DNA of 64,000 nucleotides from Pseudomonadales bacterium (GTDB taxonomy: Bacteria; Pseudomonadota; Gammaproteobacteria; Pseudomonadales; Azotimanducaceae). The notes below the pieces were generated by a model. It saw only the letters and a program-made list of their open reading frames with translations, was not told the DNA's origin and did no database searches. The stretch lies in the NCBI GenBank assembly GCA_049454295.1, contig JBMTYG010000001.1, positions 17,454-81,453 of the forward strand, written 5' to 3'. A program made the position numbers and the translations under genes. Below are positions 48,186-56,817 of this stretch, piece by piece (positions within the stretch are counted from its first letter, which is position 1; each line of letters starts with the position of its first letter).

Positions 48186-49913
48186 ATGGCCAAATCCATG
48201 CCACCCGCACTTCGACTTTTCGGCACCCGCTGGGCGCTCTCGGGCGCCATCCTGGTGGGCGCACTTGCTGCCACAAACAGCGCGCAGGCGGCAGACGGCG
48301 GCACTGATTCTGCCATGCAGGGCTACCGCGAGGTCGCCGATCTGTATGTGGTGGATTGTCTCCTGCCCGGACAGGTGCGGCGCCTCGGCCAACGCACCTT
48401 CCTGACACCCAGAAGACCCACCCGAACCACGGCGGCGGATTGCGAGATTCGTGGCGGTGAGTACGTTGCCTATGACCGCGCTGATTATCGGTCGGCGCTC
48501 AACGTATGGATGCCGGCGGCGGAGACGGGTGACGCCGAGGCGCAGGTCAATGTCGGGGAGATCTTCGAGCGCGGGATTGGCGGCCAGCCCAATTACGAGG
48601 CTGCGCGCATTTGGTACGAGAAGGCTGCCGGTCAGGGTAACACCCGAGCGCAGTTCAACCTCGGCACCCTGTACGAGCAGGGGCTAGGCGTGCCCCAGGA
48701 CCAGGTCACCGCGCTCAACTGGTATCGCAAGGCCTGGGGCATCCAGGCTGACGACGTCATTTTCGCCTCTGCTGCTGCACGGGAGCAGGAAGCCCTTCGG
48801 GAAGAACTGGCTCGGGCGGTGGCGGAGAAAGATGCCCAGATCGAGCTTCTAAACAAGCGCCTCGAGGAGCTGCGCACCCAGCTGCAAGCGAGCAGCCAAG
48901 CGGGCGCGGACGCCGCGACTGAGGTTCAGATGCTGAACGGGCTTATCCTGCAGCTCAAATCACAGCGCGATGACAGCGCAAGCAAGCTGGGCGCGATGCC
49001 AGCGGCTGTGGCGGCGGCGCCCACGGTTGCGCCAAACACGGCACCGATGCCTCCGGCGCAGGACGCGCTGCGCACCCGCCAGCCGATCGCCTTGCAGCCC
49101 GCCAATTCGGTCCAGCAGGCCGAAGCTGAGATGCGCTCCTATAGCGGCCTTTCCCTCGGACGTTACTACGCGCTCCTGATCGGCAACCAGAACTATTCGA
49201 GCATCGAGAGCCTGACCACACCGCTGTCCGATTTGGACCGTGCCAAAAGAATCCTCGAGGAGCGCTACGGTTTCACCGTATTTACCGTCGCGGACGGTGA
49301 CAACGTAGCGATCATGAAGGCGATCAACGATCTCTATGACGTGGTCGGGGAAGACGATAACCTGCTGCTCTTTTACGCCGGCCACGGGAATCGGCTAACC
49401 ACTGGCGGCAACGAAATCGGCTATTGGCTGCCGTCAAACGCGGAGGCACCGCCGCGCAACACTTTTTGGGTGGCTAATGAGTTTGTGACCGGGCACCTGT
49501 CGCGCATACGCGCGAAACGGGTGCGGGTGGTTGCCGACTCCTGCTACGCCGGGCTGCTGTCGACTGAACCGAGCTTTCTCATGGTCGGCGACAACGGTCC
49601 CCAGTACAGCAACATGGACTTCCTCAAGTTCAAGCTGGGCAAACGCTCGCGCCTGCTGCTGTCGTCGGGCGGTGACCAACCGGTGCTCGACGAGGGCGGC
49701 GGTCGGCACTCAGTGTTCGCCAAAGCGTTCCTCGATGAACTCGAGAACAATGATCGCCTGCTCCCGAGCCCAGAACTTTTCCTGAGGCTGCAGGCGCAGG
49801 TGACAGAGCGGGCTGCCGAGATGGATTTCAAGCAGACGCCGGAGTTCAAGACCATCAAGGCCGCTGGCCACGAGGTTGGGGACTTCTTCTTCGTGCCCGT
49901 CGCGGCGCGCTGA
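48186..49913 (+). CDS. Secreted Sel1-repeat / coiled-coil / caspase-like (peptidase C14) protein
   Basis: Trimmed to ATG 48186. Signal peptide RWALSGAILVGALAATNSAQA. Sel1 repeats GDAEAQVNVGEIFERGIGGQPNYEAARIWYEKAAGQGNTRAQFNLGTLYEQGLGVPQDQVTALNWYRKAW. Coiled coil REELARAVAEKDAQIELLNKRLEELRTQL. C14 domain YYALLIGNQNY..LLFYAGHGN (His)..VVADSCYAG (Cys). Confidence 0.8.
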   Translation: MAKSMPPALRLFGTRWALSGAILVGALAATNSAQAADGGTDSAMQGYREVADLYVVDCLLPGQVRRLGQRTFLTPRRPTRTTAADCEIRGGEYVAYDRADYRSALNVWMPAAETGDAEAQVNVGEIFERGIGGQPNYEAARIWYEKAAGQGNTRAQFNLGTLYEQGLGVPQDQVTALNWYRKAWGIQADDVIFASAAAREQEALREELARAVAEKDAQIELLNKRLEELRTQLQASSQAGADAATEVQMLNGLILQLKSQRDDSASKLGAMPAAVAAAPTVAPNTAPMPPAQDALRTRQPIALQPANSVQQAEAEMRSYSGLSLGRYYALLIGNQNYSSIESLTTPLSDLDRAKRILEERYGFTVFTVADGDNVAIMKAINDLYDVVGEDDNLLLFYAGHGNRLTTGGNEIGYWLPSNAEAPPRNTFWVANEFVTGHLSRIRAKRVRVVADSCYAGLLSTEPSFLMVGDNGPQYSNMDFLKFKLGKRSRLLLSSGGDQPVLDEGGGRHSVFAKAFLDELENNDRLLPSPELFLRLQAQVTERAAEMDFKQTPEFKTIKAAGHEVGDFFFVPVAAR

Positions 49914-49923
49914 TCTCGCGTCG

Positions 49924-50967
49924 CTAGAGGAAATTGCTCGCTAACCAGAGCGCAGCGCCGGTTGCCGCCGCGACCATGAGACCGATGATGAGGTTGCGGC
50001 GTCCAGAGCCACTCCCTTTAGCTTTGCCCGGGCGCGAGGAGGCGGGGCTCTTAGCGCGGGCCGCGCTGCCGTACAAGCGAATCTCACATTCCACCTGAGC
50101 GAACCGCAGCTTGTCGCCCTGCTGGAGATAGCTGATCGTCGTCTTATGTCCGTTCACCCAGGTGCCATTAGCAGACATCTGGTCAATGATGCGCCAGCGC
50201 CCGCTCTCTTCGACAATTTTCGCGTGGTAGGCGGACACGCCGGAAAACTCGAGGCGAATATCGCGCTCTTCCGCCGTGCCGATGGTCCACTCCCCTCGAC
50301 CCTCAACGAGGGCAAAGGCCATGCCCGCTGCCGGGCCTGCCACAATCACCAGGTGCGGTCCCTCGATGTGCATGGGCGCAGGCGCCTCGCCGGGGGTAGC
50401 AGGCGCATTGCCACCGCCTTCCGCCAGAGCGCGCATTTCCTCCGCCGAGAGGATACGCGTACCCTCCCCCTGATAGTCCGGGTCCGCCCAACTCCTCGGC
50501 ACATGGCTCTGCAATGCCTCGGCCTCAAACCGCGGCGCGGCGGGAGCAGGCTCAGGGGCTGCGGCTGCGGCTTCAGGGGCTGCCGCTGCCGGGGTTGCGG
50601 GACGCATCACCGTCGCGTCAGGCTCTGGAGAACGGCGAATGACGGTGACGTCAGCGTCGTCGACTGCTTCCGCTTCCGGCGCCTCGACCACAAAGGACGC
50701 GAGATCAAACGCAACCCGATCGCCTCGATAGAGCAATGTGCGTGAGGCAATGCGCTGCCCGTTAACCGTCGTGCCGTTCGCGGAACCCAGGTCCTCGACC
50801 CACAAGCCATCGTCATCCAGCGTGAGCATCGCATGGCGTCGCGAAGGATGCCCTTCCGTTACCTTGAGCGCCGCATCATCACCGCGCCCCACAAGCGTCG
50901 GACCACGAATCTCGGTGCGATCGGAACCGCCCGGGTCATCGCCTTTGATCAGAAAGAAACCGCTCAT
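49924..50967 (-). CDS. Tail-anchored protein with two FHA domains
   Basis: FHA1 LVGRGDDAALKVTEGHPSRRHAMLTLDDDGLWVEDLGSANGTTVNGQRI. Ala/Pro linker. FHA2 TIGTAEERDIRLEFSGVSAYHAKIVEESGRWRIIDQMSANGTWVNGHK. C-terminal TM RRNLIIGLMVAAATGAALWLASNFL. The ATG overlaps the PP2C stop (ATGA). Confidence 0.88.
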   Translation of the reverse strand: MSGFFLIKGDDPGGSDRTEIRGPTLVGRGDDAALKVTEGHPSRRHAMLTLDDDGLWVEDLGSANGTTVNGQRIASRTLLYRGDRVAFDLASFVVEAPEAEAVDDADVTVIRRSPEPDATVMRPATPAAAAPEAAAAAPEPAPAAPRFEAEALQSHVPRSWADPDYQGEGTRILSAEEMRALAEGGGNAPATPGEAPAPMHIEGPHLVIVAGPAAGMAFALVEGRGEWTIGTAEERDIRLEFSGVSAYHAKIVEESGRWRIIDQMSANGTWVNGHKTTISYLQQGDKLRFAQVECEIRLYGSAARAKSPASSRPGKAKGSGSGRRNLIIGLMVAAATGAALWLASNFL

Positions 50968-51749
50968 GAGGATCTCATCCACATCCAGATTGAAAACGCC
51001 AGAACCCCGACCAGGGCACCGGCCAGCACGGGGATCCACGCCGAAGATACCGGAGAATAACGGATCACGATGGCCGTTGCGTCATCACCGCCACGCTGCG
51101 CGCGCACCGCTTCGATCAGCGCATCCGCACACGCCTGCGGGTCGTCCGTATCGGCAACGATTTCCGCCATGCGGCGATCATTGAGCTCGCCGGTCACGCC
51201 GTCCGTGCAGAGCAGCAGAAGATCATCCGGTTCAAGCTGCATTCGGACTTGGTCGATACTCGGTTGCTCAAACCCGAGGCAGCGCAGCAGCACATTGCGA
51301 TCCGGGTGGGTCTCAGCCTGCGCAGGGCTAATGCGTCCCTGCTGCACCATCTGCTGCACGAGAGAGTGATCCCGCGTCAGCCGTCTTAGCTCTCCATCCC
51401 GCCACAGATAGGCGCGACTGTCGCCTACCCACGCAATGCGTGCCTCTCCGCTGCGCTGCTCGACATGCGCAGCCACCACCGTGGAACCCATTCCTCGACG
51501 TGCCCGCACTTCGCTACCTTTGCGCACGACGGCTGCATGGGCGTCAGCAATGGCATCGACCAATCCGCGCTTCCGCTCTACTGCGAAGAGCACGCTGTCT
51601 CGAGCTACCTGGCTTGCAACATCACCCGCCGCGTGGCCGCCCATGCCATCGGCGACGACCCAGACGCCACGACCCGGGAGCGCGCCGTGGGCGTCCTCGT
51701 TCACCTGATGACGTACCCCGGTGAGCGTCTGCACGCCATAGCTGGTCAT
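50964..51749 (-). CDS. Tail-anchored PP2C-family Ser/Thr phosphatase
   Basis: VNEDAHG, VVADGMGGHAAGDVAS, LLLCTDGVTGEL, GGDDATAIVI. C-terminal TM WIPVLAGALVGVLAFSIWMWM. Starts 5 nt after the stop of the c554-like cytochrome gene. Confidence 0.9.
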   Translation of the reverse strand: MTSYGVQTLTGVRHQVNEDAHGALPGRGVWVVADGMGGHAAGDVASQVARDSVLFAVERKRGLVDAIADAHAAVVRKGSEVRARRGMGSTVVAAHVEQRSGEARIAWVGDSRAYLWRDGELRRLTRDHSLVQQMVQQGRISPAQAETHPDRNVLLRCLGFEQPSIDQVRMQLEPDDLLLLCTDGVTGELNDRRMAEIVADTDDPQACADALIEAVRAQRGGDDATAIVIRYSPVSSAWIPVLAGALVGVLAFSIWMWMRSS

Positions 51750-51754
51750 GGCGT

Positions 51755-53020
51755 TCAGAGACTGGCCGCAAGACGGGTCATGGCAACCCGGAATTTCGCC
51801 GGATCATAGCTGCGGTCTGTTTCGACAGTTGCGAACACCGCATCCAGCGCGCCCTGCAGGCGATCGTGGTCGCCGATGTGGTAAGACAGACTTTCAATGC
51901 CGAGAAACGCCTGCTCGGCCGCAGCGAAGTCGGTGAGCGTTCCATTCGCGCCCATCTGCCCGATTGCCTTACGCACCGCCAAGGCCTGGGCAGCGGAGGC
52001 TTTGCCCGTGGTCCAGGGCTGACTGTCGATCCAGCGCGCAAGTTCCGCTGCCGCTGTGCGCGTTGCCGGTACGCTCTGCTGCCCGGCTTTGAGATAGGCA
52101 ACCTGAAGCCGCCGCAAGTTGTCGAGCTCAGCGGGTGCAAGCACGCTGGCGACCGCCCGCAGCATATACAGATGCTGGTCCTGTAGACGCAGACCGCCAG
52201 GCTCAAGGCCCTGTTGACGCCGCTCCTCAGCCCAGCGCAGATCGTCCATCGGGTGATGACAGCTGTGGCAGTCGAAGAACGCAAAGTCTGGCACACCCTC
52301 GCGCAAGAGCGGGGTATTCAGAAGTTCGAGGTGCCGACGGGCGCTTTGCAGCTGTCCTGCGCGCCAGACGTCGAACCCACTCGGCTGCCCCTTGCGCTGC
52401 ACATAATCTTCGTCGACCCCATAGTGCGCGGGCTGATTCACCGTATACGCCTCAAGCTCGAACGATAGGCGCGGGTGGCCTGCGCCCATGATGCGGTGTG
52501 TGGCGAACTGGTTGCCGGTCCCAAGGTGACAGGACAGACAAACTTCGGCACGGACGTTGATGTCCTCGGTCGCGAGCATACCCTTGGCCAGATTGTCGGC
52601 ATGACGCGTGCCGGGTTCGGTGTGGGTTTCAAGCCAGAGCTCCGCACCCCCATGACAGGCTTCGCAGCCAACGCCGTCGGACAGCTGGAACTTGGGTCCA
52701 CGCTGCTCCGCCGGCACATTGTCGGCGTGGCAGTCGAGGCAGATCTTCGCCGTATGCGCACTCGGCAAACCGAGCTTACGCGCGATCGCCTTGGACTCCG
52801 GCGTGAGCAGTGTTTGATAGGCTCCCGAGTGCTGGTCCTCGGAAGACCAAATACGGTACTCATTCAGCCAGACGTTACTGTTCGCCTGCTCCTCCAGCTT
52901 GCCATGACACACACCGGTCGCGCAGCTCGCCACGCCCATGTGCTTGCGCGAGTCCAGCGGCTCGGCAGCGGCAGGCAGCCCCACCAGCAGCAGCAGCAAA
53001 AGCGCGGCGCGTCCCATCAC
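51755..53020 (-). CDS. Periplasmic multihaem c-type cytochrome (cytochrome c554-like N-half, helical C-half)
   Basis: Signal peptide AALLLLLLVGLPAAA. Four CxxCH (CLDCH, CEACH, CLSCH, CHSCH) plus one CX4CH-like site (CATGVCH), all in the first about 260 aa. Start GTG 53020 or ATG 53017, overlapping the upstream stop. Confidence 0.8.
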   Translation of the reverse strand: MMGRAALLLLLLVGLPAAAEPLDSRKHMGVASCATGVCHGKLEEQANSNVWLNEYRIWSSEDQHSGAYQTLLTPESKAIARKLGLPSAHTAKICLDCHADNVPAEQRGPKFQLSDGVGCEACHGGAELWLETHTEPGTRHADNLAKGMLATEDINVRAEVCLSCHLGTGNQFATHRIMGAGHPRLSFELEAYTVNQPAHYGVDEDYVQRKGQPSGFDVWRAGQLQSARRHLELLNTPLLREGVPDFAFFDCHSCHHPMDDLRWAEERRQQGLEPGGLRLQDQHLYMLRAVASVLAPAELDNLRRLQVAYLKAGQQSVPATRTAAAELARWIDSQPWTTGKASAAQALAVRKAIGQMGANGTLTDFAAAEQAFLGIESLSYHIGDHDRLQGALDAVFATVETDRSYDPAKFRVAMTRLAASL

Positions 53021-56000
53021 CGGCCACCTCCTGCCATTGGTTGCTCGGGCATGGTCTCCGGGGTCGCGACGGGCGCCGGCTCTGCCGAGGGCATCGCGTT
53101 GGTCACGGACCAGGGCTTGCCGTCCTTCAAGTAGAGCCGATGCATCTCAGGCAGCGTGAAGGGCCGCGAACCACGACGCCCAAACACCGCTACCTGGCCA
53201 CCCGTTTCATCGACGCCCCGGTCGCGCTCCAGCCCCTTCGACAGCGACAAGGCCGGCGTCGTGGTCGGGAAGTGGGCGATGAGTCGAGGATTCGGTTCAG
53301 GGCTGAATCCGTAGAATTTGGGCTGCAGTTCCGGCGAGGTGAGTTGCAGCACCTTGAGTCCGCCCGCGCCGTCAGCCACATAGGCGAACAGCGAGGCATT
53401 CGTTGAGGCCACAACCACGTCGCGCGCGTCCACCAAACGCCCATCGGCATTGAACTGCCGATACGCGCGCATAGCCTCCGGTCGCTCGACATCTACGATC
53501 AGTACACCGTCACGTCCCGCCGCAACGTAGGCATAGGTACGCGACACAAAGACGCCGTGCGCGTCAGCCACTGGGACCGTGTTGTTAGGAACCAGGCGCG
53601 GCACCTCCGGCTGGGTCACGTCCACGGCCTTTAGACCCTCGGCGTCTGTCACAAACAGATAGCGGAATTGCAGCGACGCCCCACGCGGTTCCACCAAGGG
53701 AAGCGTTGCCGTCAGGGTCGGCGCCAGCGGGTTATCCACATTCACGATCACGAGCGCCGCGGGCGTTAGCACATAGGCGTAGTGACCGCCCAGGGTAATG
53801 AAGCGTGCGCCGTTCAACACGCCACCGGGGTTCCAGGTCGCCCCGCGCTTGAGGAAGTTGTTGCGCGGTTCGCCGTCGACCAGTGTGTCGACGTTGACGG
53901 TGATCAGCCCTTCTTCAGCGTCGGTGATGAACATGTAGCTGTAGATCGGGTGGATCGGCTGCTCCATGTTGGTGACGCGCATGAGTTCGCCTTCGTTACG
54001 CGCCGGATTGACCGGCTGGTTCGTCGGCAGCGCCATGCAGGTCGCGTTCTTCGACTCCACCCGCGTGTCATGACCAAGCGGACTGAACGGCGCCGTGATG
54101 ATGCGTTGGGAAATGCCCTTATTCGAGACACTGGCCGCATCGAATACGCGCGTGCCCTCGGATCCAGCGGCCGCAAACACATATTCGCCGCGCAATTGCA
54201 CGCAGTGGATCGGCCCGCTCGGGTGGTTGTAGCCGTGCTCGAGCTTCTGACCGCGCGTTTCGTGATCACGGAACCAGTCCGGATACGCATAACGATGCAG
54301 ATAGCTGCCAATGACTGCCTGAGGCTCATCCCACTCCGTCACCTGCACCGCTTCGAGCGAGCCTTCCGCGCCGACCCAAGCGTTGTAGCCGATGAAGTTG
54401 ATGAAGTTGGTCCCGAACATGAGCAGCTGCGCCATGATCGCGTTGTTGTCATTGCGTTCCGAGATGTGGCAGTCCTCGCACATCTTGGTTTCGGTCTTGC
54501 GTTCCGTGTGCGGATAGTGGGGGTTGAAGGCCTGCGAGGAATAACCGCTTGAGGCAATCGGCGGCTGCTGAATATAGATCTTCTCACGGTTCGCATTGGT
54601 CGAGGACAGGACCAGCGCCGACGTCGAGCGCACCGGCGCAATCTTGCCGCTCTTCGACGGCTCACGCATGCCGAGCAGGAACATGTCGTCCCGCGCCACC
54701 TGCGGGTTGTAGGTCGCGTAATTGCGGCTCTCACCGCCCTCGTAGTGGTGCCGCTCGGTCTTCCAGTTCGCTTCGATCGGCAGATGGCAGCCGCCGCAGG
54801 ACGTCGTCCAAGAGGTATGACAGGTGTAGCACTCCATGTTCTCATCGGAGTGCGCAAGCTCACCGCTTGGCACCTGAGGACCCCATGTCTGTTTGGCCGT
54901 GTCGCGGCTCATCAGCTTGGATCGCGCGGCCACCGGGTTAAAGGCGGGATTGCCCGGCGTGACGGAGTCCTTGACCAGCGACATTTCCCACTCGAGCTTG
55001 GGATCCAGCATGGAGCGCTGATAGAGCTTGTCGCCGATCCACTCAAACCGACGCCGTCCGTCCGGCGTCCGCAGCGTCGTCAGATCCATTCCGCCTTCGA
55101 GCGCAGCTGGCCCCGAGGTGTACAGGTTGGGGTACGACTTCGCCGTGCCATGACAATCCTTGCAGCCGATCTCGACGGCAAGCGCCACCTCGCCATGAAT
55201 GTGGCCGTTGCCGTGGTTGTCCTGAGAGAAATGACAGTCGACACAGTGCATGCCCACATCCACGTGAATCGATGACATGTGCACGGCTTTGTCGAACTTC
55301 TCTGGATCCTCGTCCGAGACCTTGTTGCCCTCGGCATCGAGCAAATTGCCTTTGCGATCGCGCTTGAAGATCGCGCGGAAATTCCATCCGTGACCGTGGT
55401 AATCCGCGAACTGGGTGTCCGAGAGCTGCGGGTTCAGGTCGGATACGTTCTTCAGGAATTCCACATCCGCCCATTTACCCCGGGGCGCGGCACCCTCTGG
55501 GTTGCGATCGAGCGTCTTGCGCACCTCTGCATCGCTTGGGTACTGCTGCTCCTCCGGCCACATGTGCGGCGCATCGGATTCATAGTCCCACATGGTGTAA
55601 CCCAGATAGGTGTTCATGAACATGTTGGGCTGGTGCATGTGGCAGATCATGCATTGGCTGGTCGGGATCGCGCGGGTGAAGACATGCTGCAGCGGATGCC
55701 CGGTGCGATCCTTCGGAATGGTTGGGTCCAGCGTGATGCTCTTGCCCTCGTGACCATGCTGCGCATAGGGCCCGGAATGCCGGGGATCACGATCATTGGC
55801 ATAGACCACATGGCAGGAGGCACAGCCCGAATTGCGATAATCACCCGGTTGATCATTGGTACCCGAGAACCACAGGAACGGATCATTCAGACGGGTCTTG
55901 GTGATGTTGATGAGCGGCACTGAGATGCGAGCGCCGGTCCCAGGACCACGGTTTGACTGACGGATGTCGGGACGCCCAGGCTCCTCAATGCGTTGCAGCT

Positions 56001-56817
56001 GGCCGAGCGAATTTGGCAGGCCTGTCTCTGGAAACAGATTGCTGATGTTGCGCCCGCCACGCTCGAACACGCGGAAAATGTCGCCGGGTTTAACCGTCTC
56101 CCAGGTCGGAAGCGGGTAGAGATAGGGCAGCACGCCCTTCGCTTCCATTTCATCCTTGAGCTCATCCGGCACCTTCGGTCCATAGAGAATCGAAGGCTGT
56201 CCGTCGTCGGTATAGGACTCGCCGATCATGTAATTCTTGAACGGCAAAATGCCGTTGTTATACGCGGCTCCACCCCAGAGCATGGCGCCCGTCGCATGGA
56301 GGCTGCGAATGGATGCCTCGATTATTCCTTGGTGACACGCGCCACAGGCGAGAGAAGCCACGCGATTGTCCGACGGGTTAGTGAAGCGTATGAATTCGCG
56401 CGACTCGCGGTTTAGCAGCGTGTACGTGCGTTCGGGGTTGGCGCTCGAGGGGTAATGCCAGTCATCCGGGTAGCGCGGCAGCACGTGCGCCTGTTCCTGA
56501 ATCGCCGTGTATTGGGCGCTGCCCGCGGGGACACCCTCCTTAAGGGATACACCCGCATTGCCGCCATGACAGTCAGTACAACCGAGGCGTACCGCCGGGT
56601 TTACGTGCATGGTCTTGGTATCAGACTGGGTATGGCAGGAGATGCAGCCCTCACTTTTTGCTGCCGCTTGGGCCACGGTCTGACGTTCAGGCGCGGCGGG
56701 CGCCATAACGTAATCACGCTCGACCGCCTTCGATGCAGAACTCGCCCACGCCGCCGGAAGCGCGCCGACCGTGGCGAGAACGACAACGAGACTCTTGACC
56801 AGTGTTCGTTTGTCCAT
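53017..56817 (-). CDS. 1266-aa secreted decahaem c-type cytochrome fused to a C-terminal LVIVD-repeat (beta-propeller) region
   Basis: Signal peptide LVVVLATVGALPAAWA. Ten CxxCH between residues 58 and 785: CISCH, CTDCH, CGACH, CASCH, CMICH, CVDCH, CKDCH, CYTCH, CGGCH, CEDCH. C-terminal repeats are described in the next entry. The start codon shares 1 nt with the porin stop (TGATG). Confidence 0.85.
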   Translation of the reverse strand: MDKRTLVKSLVVVLATVGALPAAWASSASKAVERDYVMAPAAPERQTVAQAAAKSEGCISCHTQSDTKTMHVNPAVRLGCTDCHGGNAGVSLKEGVPAGSAQYTAIQEQAHVLPRYPDDWHYPSSANPERTYTLLNRESREFIRFTNPSDNRVASLACGACHQGIIEASIRSLHATGAMLWGGAAYNNGILPFKNYMIGESYTDDGQPSILYGPKVPDELKDEMEAKGVLPYLYPLPTWETVKPGDIFRVFERGGRNISNLFPETGLPNSLGQLQRIEEPGRPDIRQSNRGPGTGARISVPLINITKTRLNDPFLWFSGTNDQPGDYRNSGCASCHVVYANDRDPRHSGPYAQHGHEGKSITLDPTIPKDRTGHPLQHVFTRAIPTSQCMICHMHQPNMFMNTYLGYTMWDYESDAPHMWPEEQQYPSDAEVRKTLDRNPEGAAPRGKWADVEFLKNVSDLNPQLSDTQFADYHGHGWNFRAIFKRDRKGNLLDAEGNKVSDEDPEKFDKAVHMSSIHVDVGMHCVDCHFSQDNHGNGHIHGEVALAVEIGCKDCHGTAKSYPNLYTSGPAALEGGMDLTTLRTPDGRRRFEWIGDKLYQRSMLDPKLEWEMSLVKDSVTPGNPAFNPVAARSKLMSRDTAKQTWGPQVPSGELAHSDENMECYTCHTSWTTSCGGCHLPIEANWKTERHHYEGGESRNYATYNPQVARDDMFLLGMREPSKSGKIAPVRSTSALVLSSTNANREKIYIQQPPIASSGYSSQAFNPHYPHTERKTETKMCEDCHISERNDNNAIMAQLLMFGTNFINFIGYNAWVGAEGSLEAVQVTEWDEPQAVIGSYLHRYAYPDWFRDHETRGQKLEHGYNHPSGPIHCVQLRGEYVFAAAGSEGTRVFDAASVSNKGISQRIITAPFSPLGHDTRVESKNATCMALPTNQPVNPARNEGELMRVTNMEQPIHPIYSYMFITDAEEGLITVNVDTLVDGEPRNNFLKRGATWNPGGVLNGARFITLGGHYAYVLTPAALVIVNVDNPLAPTLTATLPLVEPRGASLQFRYLFVTDAEGLKAVDVTQPEVPRLVPNNTVPVADAHGVFVSRTYAYVAAGRDGVLIVDVERPEAMRAYRQFNADGRLVDARDVVVASTNASLFAYVADGAGGLKVLQLTSPELQPKFYGFSPEPNPRLIAHFPTTTPALSLSKGLERDRGVDETGGQVAVFGRRGSRPFTLPEMHRLYLKDGKPWSVTNAMPSAEPAPVATPETMPEQPMAGGGR
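53323..54216 (-). other. LVIVD-type repeat region (at least 6 repeats) of the 1266-aa cytochrome
   Basis: Residues about 868-1165: IHCVQLRGEYVFAAAGSEGTRVFDA; IYSYMFITDAEEGLITVNVD; GARFITLGGHYAYVLTPAALVIVNVDNP; GASLQFRYLFVTDAEGLKAVDVTQP; AHGVFVSRTYAYVAAGRDGVLIVDVERP; ARDVVVASTNASLFAYVADGAGGLKVLQLTSP. Confidence 0.7.
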
